Assembly: GCA_017527205.1 (NCBI GenBank)
Contig: JAFXQK010000005.1
Span: forward strand, 1,180-65,179
Origin: Lachnospiraceae bacterium
GTDB taxonomy: Bacteria; Bacillota; Clostridia; Lachnospirales; Lachnospiraceae
Reading direction: 5' to 3'
DNA length: 64,000 bases
Shown: positions 26,723 through 35,987 of the stretch, in pieces
Layout of the letters: every line of letters begins with the position of its first letter
How positions within the stretch are numbered: position 1 is the first letter of the stretch
Program-made: the position numbers and the translations under genes
Notes under the pieces: generated by a model
Told to the model about the DNA's origin: nothing
Databases searched by the model: none
Seen by the model: the letters and a program-made list of their open reading frames with translations, nothing else

Positions 26723-28852
26723 ATGATTTTTGATATTAAAAAAGGTGTAGTTTTGTTCATGGTAATTATCGGTCTCTCTTTTTCAGGTTGCGCCAGTAAA
26801 GGCGCAGCCGAGAAAGAGATTTTTTTTCATGACATAAAATCTAAAGAAGATTCTTCGGCAAAAGATATTTATTATATGTCGGATCGGGTGATAAATTTTA
26901 TGGAACCATTGTCAGATGGTGGAATTTTGGTGGCCACGCAGGGTGAAAACGGCAAGCAGTTTCTTGAGGTGTTTTGCAGGGATGATTACATGGGTGAAGA
27001 ACAGGACACGTATTATTCCCAAGTTACCTATGACGAAAACGTGGATGAGTTATACCTTTTTAATGCTTCGGAGGGACGGGTTGAAGTAAAAGATAAACAA
27101 CTACATACGACGGCCGTGCTTATGAATGATTTTTATCCGTTTGAAGTAAAGGAAATGGAAAAAGTAGGCGACTGGCTGCTGATATTGTATGTAAGTGACA
27201 ATCCGTATGAGTCAGGGATGGAACATGCAGAACCGCAGAAGGACGGATATGTGGATTACGGTGAAACCCTTCTTTGCGTGAATAGACTGACGGGTGAAAT
27301 CAGGCAATCTAAGTTGAAGGGCATCATTGGCCTAAAATATGAAGGCGGCGAACATGCATACCTGTATTCACACAGGGGAAAGGATTATACGCTTGACATA
27401 TATGAACCATCGAGTGACAAGGTTCTGCATTCCCTGGAGTGTAATGACGTGGGATATCTTTTTTCCTTTGCGGTGCTTGGGAAAAAACTGTATTATTTCG
27501 GCATAAGTAATGAGGGAATCTGTTCCATGGATCTGGAAACTGGCGCGATTCAACTTGAGATTCCGAAAATCATTACGTTTTTACAAAGTGATTTTGATGT
27601 CGAAGGGAATTGCCTTATTTATTTGAATCGAAAAGGCATGGAAATATGTGCATTAAACGCTGCGTCGGGCGAAATCAGTAAGGGCGGATATTCGGCTGCC
27701 GTCAACAACCAAAACTGTGATTTGGTTGTTGGCATGGTTGGCCCCTATGACCTGACGTTCCCCTTCCAAACTGTGAACGAGCTTTCAGGATTCAACGTCG
27801 GGACCTACGAATCCCCCGTCGTTGCCGACAGTTCTTTTGAACAGAAGCTGTTGCTGAAGCTGCTGGCGGGCGATGCCGACATTGACGTATATTTCCTGAC
27901 CGTAAGCGGGGCGGAAATGGACAAGCTAAGGCAGGACGGGGTATGTTATCCGCTGGACGGAAGTGAAACGCTGAAAAAAGAGAACGGCAGATTTTATGAC
28001 TTTCTTTCCGATTACCTGACGACAGACGGCGGCAGGATCTGGGGAGTGCCGCTAAGCGCATACGGTTCATGTCTGCTTGCCTATCCTGAAAACATGAAGA
28101 AATACGGCGTTTCCGAAGGGGATTTTGCAGATTTCTTTTCGCTGCTTCAAATGCTGCGGAGAATCAACGGAACGGAGGAACAGCATGCGTTTGTCTGGGG
28201 AAGCTCTTACGGATATGACCTGCTGACAAATTACGCATCAAATAACAAGCCCGCTGATTACGGAAGTGAGGCGTTTTGCGCATATTTTCAGGAGATGTGG
28301 GACGGGTGGACGGAATATGAGGAATACGGCCTGGAAAACCATCCCGCAATGGGGCGGGCAGACGTAAAAAAAAGCCTGTATGAGTCCAGCGTTACCCTTG
28401 ATCCGGAGGAGTCCGTGTTTGCAATCCTATCGGTTTCCGAGGTCCTTGCGCGGGAAGAACTGAGGCAGGGGACAAAGGTATATCCAACGCCAAGAATTAC
28501 CAAGAATTCGAAGCAGGACCTTGCGGTTACGAAGGTGGCAATCATCAATCCGAACGGAAAGCATAAGGAAGAAGCAGTAAAGTATTTGGAAACCTTGACG
28601 GGATACCTTGCGGAGAATAATGTTCTGGGCGTTGTTTATAAAGATCAGGAAGCATATCAGGGATGGCTTGACCTTCAGGATCCTTGTATTCGCGCCATTT
28701 ACGACATTAACGCGAATTCCGTCGTCAGGGACTGCGGAATTGCGGCGGACATATACATAAATGACGTAAAGGCCTACCAGCATAAGGAAATTGACCTTGA
28801 CGCGGCAATTAAGTCCATACAAAGAAAAGAGGATGCATACAGGAATGAATAG
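26723..28852 (+). CDS. Lipoprotein with beta-rich N-terminus and extracellular solute-binding domain
   Basis: Lipobox LSFSGC; KLLAGDADIDVYF, IWGVPL, IINPNGKHKEEAVKYLE and EIDLDAAIKSIQ are SBP-like motifs. Confidence 0.7.
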   Translation: MIFDIKKGVVLFMVIIGLSFSGCASKGAAEKEIFFHDIKSKEDSSAKDIYYMSDRVINFMEPLSDGGILVATQGENGKQFLEVFCRDDYMGEEQDTYYSQVTYDENVDELYLFNASEGRVEVKDKQLHTTAVLMNDFYPFEVKEMEKVGDWLLILYVSDNPYESGMEHAEPQKDGYVDYGETLLCVNRLTGEIRQSKLKGIIGLKYEGGEHAYLYSHRGKDYTLDIYEPSSDKVLHSLECNDVGYLFSFAVLGKKLYYFGISNEGICSMDLETGAIQLEIPKIITFLQSDFDVEGNCLIYLNRKGMEICALNAASGEISKGGYSAAVNNQNCDLVVGMVGPYDLTFPFQTVNELSGFNVGTYESPVVADSSFEQKLLLKLLAGDADIDVYFLTVSGAEMDKLRQDGVCYPLDGSETLKKENGRFYDFLSDYLTTDGGRIWGVPLSAYGSCLLAYPENMKKYGVSEGDFADFFSLLQMLRRINGTEEQHAFVWGSSYGYDLLTNYASNNKPADYGSEAFCAYFQEMWDGWTEYEEYGLENHPAMGRADVKKSLYESSVTLDPEESVFAILSVSEVLAREELRQGTKVYPTPRITKNSKQDLAVTKVAIINPNGKHKEEAVKYLETLTGYLAENNVLGVVYKDQEAYQGWLDLQDPCIRAIYDINANSVVRDCGIAADIYINDVKAYQHKEIDLDAAIKSIQRKEDAYRNE

Positions 28853-29675
28853 GTTTCGAAAATGGCTGCTGCCATGTGCGCCCGGATTCTTTGGTTTCTT
28901 TTTCATTTATCTGATGCCGTTTGCCCTGACCGTCAGGTATTCGCTTTTGTCGGACTTGTTTTCCAGGGAGTTCGTCGGCATGGAGAATTACCTGAAGCTG
29001 TCAGGGAATCCCTATTTTCGCCTTGCAATGAAAAACGTACTGATTTTCTCAGGCATGGCAAGCGTCTTGACACTCGTTCTTTCCATTTTGCTTTCGTACC
29101 TTCTGTTGCCGCATGGCAACAGGTACGTCTTGCTCAGGGCCGTCATGGTGGCCCCGTTTTTCATCCCTTCCTCCGCGGTGATACGGGCATGGGGCAGGAT
29201 TTTTCCGCCTGCCTTTTACGGCTACGGCCTACCGGATGCCGGATTAGGTTCGTATTTGGCTCAGCTTCCCCTGCTTGTCATTTTCCTGTGGAAAAACCTT
29301 GGCTTTTGTTTCCTGATCACATACCTGTCGCTTCAGGGCATTCCCAGGGAGGTCATTGAGGCTGCGCAGGTGGACGGCGCCGGCCGCGGAAGGACGTTCC
29401 GCGACATTCGGTTAAAAATGATTGTCTCCAATCTTTATTTTGCCCTGCTCCTTGTCTTTGTTTCGAGTCTTTCCGTCTATCGGGAAAGCATGTTGTATTA
29501 TAACACGCAGTATCCGCCGAACGCGGTGTACCTTCTGCAGAATTTCATGAACAATCACTTTGAAAAGATGAATTATGAAAATTTGGCGGCGGCAAGCGTT
29601 TTGTTTGTGGGAGGCATTTCGGTCCTTGTCATCCTGCTGTTTGGACTGGGCGGAAGGGAGGGGAAGACGTCATGA
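28845..29675 (+). CDS. Carbohydrate-type (CUT1) ABC permease
   Basis: FVGMENYLKL; EAA loop LQGIPREVIEAAQVDGAGR. Confidence 0.88.
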   Translation: MNRFRKWLLPCAPGFFGFFFIYLMPFALTVRYSLLSDLFSREFVGMENYLKLSGNPYFRLAMKNVLIFSGMASVLTLVLSILLSYLLLPHGNRYVLLRAVMVAPFFIPSSAVIRAWGRIFPPAFYGYGLPDAGLGSYLAQLPLLVIFLWKNLGFCFLITYLSLQGIPREVIEAAQVDGAGRGRTFRDIRLKMIVSNLYFALLLVFVSSLSVYRESMLYYNTQYPPNAVYLLQNFMNNHFEKMNYENLAAASVLFVGGISVLVILLFGLGGREGKTS

Positions 29676-30412
29676 AAGCCTTTCTTAGAAACGTGATTTT
29701 ATGTCTGACGGGCATCTTTTTCCTATATCCTATTGCAGAGATTGGGTTGCGATCATTAACGGACGGACAATATGCAAGGTTGTTTTTTGAGAACACTCCT
29801 TATTTCAGGTTTCATTTCAATTCCCTGACATACGGATTTATCGCGTCACTGTTGGGAACCGTAATCGCCCTGCCATTAGGATACGTTTTTGCCAGGGTGC
29901 AATTCCCACTGAAAAAGGCGGTCTTCTTCCTTTATGTGATCGTCATGCTTTTGCCCTTTCAGGCGCTTCAGCTTCCTGAATATGTCATGATGGAACGCAT
30001 CGGGATTTTGGACACGCCGCTGGCAGTAATTCTGCCCGTGTGCTTCTCGCCGTTGGCGGCATTCCTACTGAGGCAGTGTTTTTCCTCGCTTCCGGAAGAG
30101 CAGGCCGATGCCTTTTGGATGGAATCCTCCTCTAGGGTAAAATTTTGGCTGCACGTTTTGTTCCCGTGGTCTAAGCCGATGATCATTACCCTGTTGCTGC
30201 TTCTTTTTGGACAGGCGTACAACCTTGTTGAACAGGTGGCTGTTCTTGTTCCCACAAATCTGGAGGCTTATCCGTTGGCCCCACTCATTGCAAGGCTTCC
30301 CGAAAATGCCGCAGGGGCGGGAGAGGCGTGGTTCCTTCTGCCGCCGTTAATCCTTTACCTGATTTTTGAAAGGCGCTTACGGGAAGGGATGCAGTACTAT
30401 CGTTGGAATTAG
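29672..30412 (+). CDS. Carbohydrate-type ABC permease
   Basis: GYVFARVQFP, MLLPFQ, FLLRQCFSSLPEEQADAFWME (degenerate EAA loop). Confidence 0.85.
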   Translation: MKAFLRNVILCLTGIFFLYPIAEIGLRSLTDGQYARLFFENTPYFRFHFNSLTYGFIASLLGTVIALPLGYVFARVQFPLKKAVFFLYVIVMLLPFQALQLPEYVMMERIGILDTPLAVILPVCFSPLAAFLLRQCFSSLPEEQADAFWMESSSRVKFWLHVLFPWSKPMIITLLLLLFGQAYNLVEQVAVLVPTNLEAYPLAPLIARLPENAAGAGEAWFLLPPLILYLIFERRLREGMQYYRWN

Positions 30413-30430
30413 GAGGAAGCATAAAGATCC

Positions 30431-30859
30431 ATGGATAAGCGGGAAAAGGAAAAAATAATGTACTTGCTGAAAGGGCAGACGGAAAGGAAGCGGGGTATAT
30501 GTTTGTATGGAATGCTAATCCTGACAGGCATTTTAATGCTCCTGACCACAACCGTATTTGCATTTTGGGGAGAAGAAATAAAAGAGCTTGTACGAGACAA
30601 GACGGAGACACGCAGGCCATTTTTGACTTCTTGGAATGGTCAGGATTATCTGTGCATTTCACGGGAATGCTGCACGGATGACGCACTTTTTGAGATATGC
30701 GCGGAGGAAGGTTTTTTTCAGACAAATTATGTTTTGAGAAAGGTTCCCGTGGAGCTTGCAGATGTTTTTCCGGAGGAAGAGTATCTTGTCATAGTGACGA
30801 AACTAAATAACGCGACGGGGAGATACTTTGCTGTTTTGAATGGGGAGAAATATAACTGA
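30431..30859 (+). CDS. Membrane-anchored protein resembling the C-terminal beta domain of RND periplasmic adaptor subunits
   Basis: Single TM helix, then LCISRECC...EEGFFQTNYVLRKVPVE. The family resemblance is by eye only. Confidence 0.45.
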   Translation: MDKREKEKIMYLLKGQTERKRGICLYGMLILTGILMLLTTTVFAFWGEEIKELVRDKTETRRPFLTSWNGQDYLCISRECCTDDALFEICAEEGFFQTNYVLRKVPVELADVFPEEEYLVIVTKLNNATGRYFAVLNGEKYN

Positions 30860-31024
30860 ACAAAATGCATTGTTGGTAGCCATATTTGCCTTAAATGGAT
30901 ATGAACAGTTAAGATACATAAAAAAATCGCTTAAGCTGTGAGGCCTAAGCGATTCTTCCATATAGTCCTTTTATGCAATTAACAAGTTTGGCGATATATA
31001 TGCTATAAAAAGTAGCTAAAATAA

Positions 31025-32221
31025 TTATGAGCTTCCAAGGCGATACTTAAAGTCCTGATATCCGAAACGGGCAACCGTAGTCACCGTGTTGTCGGGATGG
31101 AGCACGTGGATGTCAGGAAGCGGCATGCCGTTGAAGGTGTTGTTCTTGCAGGTCGTGTAGATTGCCATGTCGCCAAAGATCAGGCGGTCACCAATCTTCG
31201 GTGCCTTGTCGAAGCTATAGTTACCAATGACGTCGCCGGCCAGGCAGGAGGGACCTCCAAGACGAACGGGGAAGGCCTTTTCACCAGCCTCGCCTGCGCC
31301 ATACAGAGGCGGACGATAGGGCATCTCAATGACATCGGGCATGTGACAGGCAGCACTTGCATCGAGGATGACGTTCGTGATGCCGTTGTTTTCCGTGACG
31401 TCGAGAACCGTGGTAACAAGGTAGCCTGCATTCAGTGCGCAGGCCTCGCCAGGCTCTAAGTAAACCTGAAGGTCATATTTGTCCGTATAGGTCTTGATCA
31501 GCTTCTCCAGACGGGGAATGTCGTAGCCCTTTCTCGTAATGTGATGACCGCCGCCCATGTTCAGCCATTTCATGTCAGGCAGGAATTTTCCGAATTTCTC
31601 TTCCACGGCAACGAGCGTCGTCTCAAGGTCATAGGCATCCTGCTCGCAGAGCGTATGGAAATGCAGACCATCTAGCAGGGCATATACGTCAGGCGTCATC
31701 AGCTTGTCCCACTGCGCACGCGTCACGCCAAGGCGGCTTCCGATAGCGCAAGGGTCATAGATGGAGTGACTTTCTTCCTGGGTCGAGCATTCAGGATTGA
31801 TGCGTAGGCCAAGGCTCATGCCGGAGGATTTTGCGGCAGGTCCGAAGACTGCCAGCTGACCGATGGAGTTAAATACAATGTGATCAGCGTAATTAAAGAG
31901 CGCTTCCATGTCACGGGCCTTGTAGGCCGTGCTGAAGACGTGAACCTCCTTATCCGGCATTTCCTCGCGGCCAAGCCTGGCCTCGAAGAGGCCGCTGGCT
32001 TCCGTTCCTGCAAGGTAGGGTGCCAGGGCAGGATAGAGGTCATAGTTGGAGAAGGCCTTCTGGGCAAGGAGAATCCGACAGCCGGTATGCTCCTGAACCT
32101 CGGAGAGAATTTCTCCATTTTCCTTAATGACTTTTTCGTCTAATACATAGCAGGGCGTCGGGAGCTCATGCAGGGCCTTTGCAACAGCTTCTTCGCCGAG
32201 TCTGTTAAATACGCCTGCCAT
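31025..32221 (-). CDS. nspC: Carboxynorspermidine/carboxyspermidine decarboxylase
   Basis: TPCYVLDE, ILLAQKAFS, GLRINPE, SRLG, GLHFHTLCEQ, NMGGGHHIT, YLEPGEA, SCLAGD, TFNGMPLP. Confidence 0.95.
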   Translation of the reverse strand: MAGVFNRLGEEAVAKALHELPTPCYVLDEKVIKENGEILSEVQEHTGCRILLAQKAFSNYDLYPALAPYLAGTEASGLFEARLGREEMPDKEVHVFSTAYKARDMEALFNYADHIVFNSIGQLAVFGPAAKSSGMSLGLRINPECSTQEESHSIYDPCAIGSRLGVTRAQWDKLMTPDVYALLDGLHFHTLCEQDAYDLETTLVAVEEKFGKFLPDMKWLNMGGGHHITRKGYDIPRLEKLIKTYTDKYDLQVYLEPGEACALNAGYLVTTVLDVTENNGITNVILDASAACHMPDVIEMPYRPPLYGAGEAGEKAFPVRLGGPSCLAGDVIGNYSFDKAPKIGDRLIFGDMAIYTTCKNNTFNGMPLPDIHVLHPDNTVTTVARFGYQDFKYRLGSS

Positions 32222-33481
32222 TTAATCCACCAGCACCGGAGAATTGTTAATGCTCCGGGGCAGTCCATATTTGTCTAATGCATCCAGGAAGGGATCGGGA
32301 TCGAACTCCTCGACCGTGTGAACGCCGGTAATGGCCCATTTACCGGTGAGCAGCATCAGCGCACCGCAGGTTGCGGGAACCCCCGTGGTGTAGCTGATGG
32401 CTTGACTTTCCACTTCCTTGTAGCAGCTTTCGTGATCACATACGTTGTAGATATAAAAGGTCTTTTCCTTGCCATCCTTCTTGCCCGTGAAGATGCAGCC
32501 AATGTTGGTCTTTCCCTTCGTGCGGGGACCAAGGGAGGCGGGATCGGGCAGGAGTGCTTTTAAGAACTGGATGGGAACGATCTCCTTGCCCTCGAAGTTG
32601 ATCGGGGTCGTGGAGAGCATGCCGACGTTCTCTAAGCACTTCATGTGGGTCAAGTAGCTCTGACCAAAGGTCATAAAGAATCGAATGCGCTTTACCTCAG
32701 GGAGATTCTTTGCAATGCTCTCGATCTCCTCATGATGGAGCAGATACATGTCCTTGTCGCCAACCTGATCGAAGTTATACTCGCGCTTGATGCTCATGGC
32801 AGGGATCTCGATCCAATGACCGTTCTCCCAATAGCTTCCGGGAGCGCTGACCTCGCGAAGGTTGATCTCAGGATTGAAATTGGTCGCGAAGGGATAACCG
32901 TGGTCGCCGCCGTTGCAGTCCAAAATGTCAATCGTGTCGATGGTATCAAATTCGTGCTTCTTTGCATAAGCAACATAAGCCTGAGTCACGCCGGGATCGA
33001 AGCCGCAGCCGAGCAGGGCAGTAAGTCCGGCCTCCTTGAATTTCTCCTGATAAGCCCACTGCCAGCTATAATCGAAGTACGCGGAGAAACCGGCCTCCTT
33101 GCAGCGCTTCTCATAGATGGCACGCCACGCGGGATCATCCGTGTTTTCCGGCTCATAGTTTGCCGTATCCATGTAATTGACCTTGCAGGCAAGGCAGGCA
33201 TCCATGATGGTCAGATCCTGATAGGGGAGCGCAATGTTCATCACCAGGTCCGGCTTGTAACCGTTAATCAGGTCGATCAACTGATTCACGTCGTCGGCAT
33301 CTACCTGCGCCGTGGTGATCTTTGTGGTCGTCTTTGGCGTTAGCTTTGCAGCCAAAGCGTCACATTTGGATTTGGTACGGCTGGCGATGCAGATTTCCTG
33401 AAATACCTCGGGAATCTGGCAGCATTTGCTGATCGCAACGCTTGCTACGCCGCCGCAGCCAATGATTAAAACTCTGCTCAT
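32222..33481 (-). CDS. Carboxy(nor)spermidine dehydrogenase (saccharopine dehydrogenase family)
   Basis: VLIIGCGGVA, NIALPYQDLTIMDACL, GCGFDPG, FATNFNPEINLRE, QAISYTTGVP. Confidence 0.93.
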   Translation of the reverse strand: MSRVLIIGCGGVASVAISKCCQIPEVFQEICIASRTKSKCDALAAKLTPKTTTKITTAQVDADDVNQLIDLINGYKPDLVMNIALPYQDLTIMDACLACKVNYMDTANYEPENTDDPAWRAIYEKRCKEAGFSAYFDYSWQWAYQEKFKEAGLTALLGCGFDPGVTQAYVAYAKKHEFDTIDTIDILDCNGGDHGYPFATNFNPEINLREVSAPGSYWENGHWIEIPAMSIKREYNFDQVGDKDMYLLHHEEIESIAKNLPEVKRIRFFMTFGQSYLTHMKCLENVGMLSTTPINFEGKEIVPIQFLKALLPDPASLGPRTKGKTNIGCIFTGKKDGKEKTFYIYNVCDHESCYKEVESQAISYTTGVPATCGALMLLTGKWAITGVHTVEEFDPDPFLDALDKYGLPRSINNSPVLVD

Positions 33482-33546
33482 TTTCTCGCAATACCTCTCT
33501 TTCCGCCAAAACATGGCATATCGAATATTGTAAAACTCTGACATGT

Positions 33547-33849
33547 TTAAATATATTCAAAGATACTTTGAATACAATCACATATGTTTATCATATCAGG
33601 GAGGGGAAGTTGATCTGTTTTTGTATATCCCCGAATGGATAAATCTAATAGTGCAAGTTTATCACATTGAACAAAACCTGAAGTTTTTTTTGTAGATGCC
33701 CATATGTGCAAAGGGCCGGCCGTTCCTCTGCTTTTTATTGGACACCCGATGATCTCGCCGCTGGTATTAAAAAAATCTTTGCTTACTACCAATACGGGAG
33801 CTTGTATTTTCTCGATTTTCAAGATATCTCCCTGGTGAAGAGGCTCCAA
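33547..33849 (-). CDS. mazF: PemK/MazF family toxin (TTG start)
   Basis: QGDI...PVLVVSKDFFN...IIGCPI...VQCDKL..LD; starts 1 nt after the antitoxin stop. Confidence 0.75.
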   Translation of the reverse strand: MEPLHQGDILKIEKIQAPVLVVSKDFFNTSGEIIGCPIKSRGTAGPLHIWASTKKTSGFVQCDKLALLDLSIRGYTKTDQLPLPDMINICDCIQSIFEYI

Positions 33850-33850
33850 A

Positions 33851-34093
33851 CTACCACACCTCTCTTCCTACGGGGTCACCCCAATCGAATTCGCCATCAA
33901 GCATCAGATTCCCATCATACTCGGCAGCTCTTTCCTCAAGCGTTTTATGTCGAAAGGGTTTAGTTAGAGTGATCACACCGTCTGATACGGTAACGTCAAG
34001 AAATTCATTAAGCATAATCCCGGCACTGTTTAGAATTTCTTTTGGCAGTCGAATACCTTGACTATTACCCCAAGCTTTAACCTGTGTTTGCAT
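33851..34093 (-). CDS. mazE: AbrB/MazE family antitoxin
   Basis: VKAWGNSQGIRLPK and EFDWGDPVGREVW signatures. Confidence 0.9.
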   Translation of the reverse strand: MQTQVKAWGNSQGIRLPKEILNSAGIMLNEFLDVTVSDGVITLTKPFRHKTLEERAAEYDGNLMLDGEFDWGDPVGREVW

Positions 34094-34113
34094 AGTTACT
34101 CCTCCTTTTGAAA

Positions 34114-34138
34114 ATGGTATATACATAGTATATACCAT
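34114..34138. promoter_or_regulatory. Palindromic operator upstream of mazE
   Basis: Perfect 11-bp inverted repeat ATGGTATATAC-ATA-GTATATACCAT, about 20 nt upstream of the mazE start. Confidence 0.7.
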
Positions 34139-34157
34139 CAAGGGGAGAATATCAAGT

Positions 34158-35018
34158 TTATTTCGAACAAATGGCCAGCATCAGTTCGCGCGTGATCTTG
34201 CAGGCGAGGGCAGTAGAAGCACCGCTCTGATCAAGGTTCGGCGCAAGCTCGTTAATGTCTGCTGCGATGACGTTGCCTTTGGTCACGGTCAGAATGGCAT
34301 TTAAGAGCTCTGGGAAGCTGACACCGCCGGCTTCTGGCGTTCCCGTGCCGGGGAAAAATCCGGGATCCAGACAATCCAGGTCGATCGTGAAATAAATCGG
34401 TACGTGCTTTTCCTTTAAGGTTGCAATCGTCTCGGCGAGACCATCGAAGCTGAACTTATGCATGTCCGTATGCTCGGACGCAAAGCGGAATTCCTCGCGC
34501 TCGCCGCTGCGGATGCAAAATTGATGGATGCGTCCGTCTCCGAGGAGATCGTGACATCTTCGAAGGACGCAGGCGTGACTTAAAGGCACGCCGAGATATT
34601 CCTCACGAAGGTCTGCATGCGCATCAAAGTGAATGATGTGCAGATCAGGGTTACGCTTTATGGCCGCGCGAACGGCACCAAGCGTCACCAAGTGCTCACC
34701 GCCAAGCATCAGCGGAAATTTGCCGTCCTTAAATATAATATCGGCTCTTTCCTCAATATCCTTTAAAGCAGCTTCGCTGCTTCCAAAGCAAAGCTCTAGA
34801 TCACCGCTGTCAAAGATCGCATAATCCTCTAAGTCCTTGTCCTGATAAGGGCTATAGGTCTCAATGCCAAAGCTTTCGTGTCGTATTGCCGACGGGCCAA
34901 ACCTCGTTCCGGGACGATAGCTTGTCGTCGAATCAAACGGCGCCCCGAATAACACTAACTCTGCATTTTCATAGTCAGCATTACATGCTAAAAATGTTTC
35001 AATATTGGGTTGCAACAT
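34158..35018 (-). CDS. speB: Agmatinase
   Basis: RPGTRFGPSAIR, LGGEHLVT, HFDAHADL, IDLDCLDP...GTGTPEAGG. Confidence 0.95.
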   Translation of the reverse strand: MLQPNIETFLACNADYENAELVLFGAPFDSTTSYRPGTRFGPSAIRHESFGIETYSPYQDKDLEDYAIFDSGDLELCFGSSEAALKDIEERADIIFKDGKFPLMLGGEHLVTLGAVRAAIKRNPDLHIIHFDAHADLREEYLGVPLSHACVLRRCHDLLGDGRIHQFCIRSGEREEFRFASEHTDMHKFSFDGLAETIATLKEKHVPIYFTIDLDCLDPGFFPGTGTPEAGGVSFPELLNAILTVTKGNVIAADINELAPNLDQSGASTALACKITRELMLAICSK

Positions 35019-35080
35019 GTAGATACCTCATCCATTCTAATTAAGATTCACGTTGAAATATCATTCGTTTGACGAAAGTC

Positions 35081-35932
35081 CTACTCAACCTCTTTCAGCA
35101 TTTCTTCCAGAAAGGCCGGCAGGTAGAATGCTCCCTTGTGAAGGCGCGTGGTGTAATATTTCGTGCGAAGGTGCAGGCTCGTCCAACGCTCCGCATCCAT
35201 GTCATCGATGGGGTGGTACTTCTTGCTGGCAAAGCCAAACAGCCAATAGCCGGCAGCGTAGGTCGGGATGTGTGCCTGATATACGCGGCTGATCGGGAAG
35301 GTCGAAGCGATGCGCTTGTGACTTCTCTTCATGGCCTCCGCATCCTCTGCGTAGAAGGGACTGCCCTGCTGATTCACCATAATGCCGTCTTCCTTGAGCG
35401 CCTTATAGCAGTTGCCATAAAATTCCTTCGTAAAGAGCCCTTCGGAGGGACCGAACGGATCGTTGGAGTCCACGATGATCAGGTCATACTTATCTTCGCA
35501 GCGGCGCAGGAATTTCAGGCCGTTCTCGAAGAAAATGTTCACGCGCTTGTCATCCAGTCGGCAGGCATTTCCAGGCAAAAACTGTCGGCAAACCTCAACT
35601 ACCTGCTCGTCCATCTCAACGAGATCAATGTTCTCTACCTGATCGAAGCGGGTCAGCTCGCGGACAACGCCGCCGTCGCCGGCACCAATCACAAGCACGT
35701 TTTTGATGGAAGGGTGCACGGCCATGGGAACGTGCACGATCATTTCATCATAAATAAACTCGTCGCGCTCCGTCAGCATGATGTTGCCGTCAAGCACCAG
35801 CACTCTGCCAAATTCCGGCGTATCGAGCACGTCAATTCTCTGATAATCACTTTGCTTTCCATAGAGCTGCTTATTTACCCGAAGACTAAACTTCACGTCA
35901 GGGGTATGTAATTCACTAAACCATAATTCCAT
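35081..35932 (-). CDS. speE: Polyamine aminopropyltransferase (spermidine synthase)
   Basis: SDYQRIDV, FGRVLVLDG, YDEMIVHVP, VLVIGAGDGGVVREL, IIVDSNDP. Confidence 0.95.
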   Translation of the reverse strand: MELWFSELHTPDVKFSLRVNKQLYGKQSDYQRIDVLDTPEFGRVLVLDGNIMLTERDEFIYDEMIVHVPMAVHPSIKNVLVIGAGDGGVVRELTRFDQVENIDLVEMDEQVVEVCRQFLPGNACRLDDKRVNIFFENGLKFLRRCEDKYDLIIVDSNDPFGPSEGLFTKEFYGNCYKALKEDGIMVNQQGSPFYAEDAEAMKRSHKRIASTFPISRVYQAHIPTYAAGYWLFGFASKKYHPIDDMDAERWTSLHLRTKYYTTRLHKGAFYLPAFLEEMLKEVE

Positions 35933-35987
35933 GATTCCTTCCTCCGTATCATTTCGTAATGGGGTATTTCATCACTCGGATTGCAAA

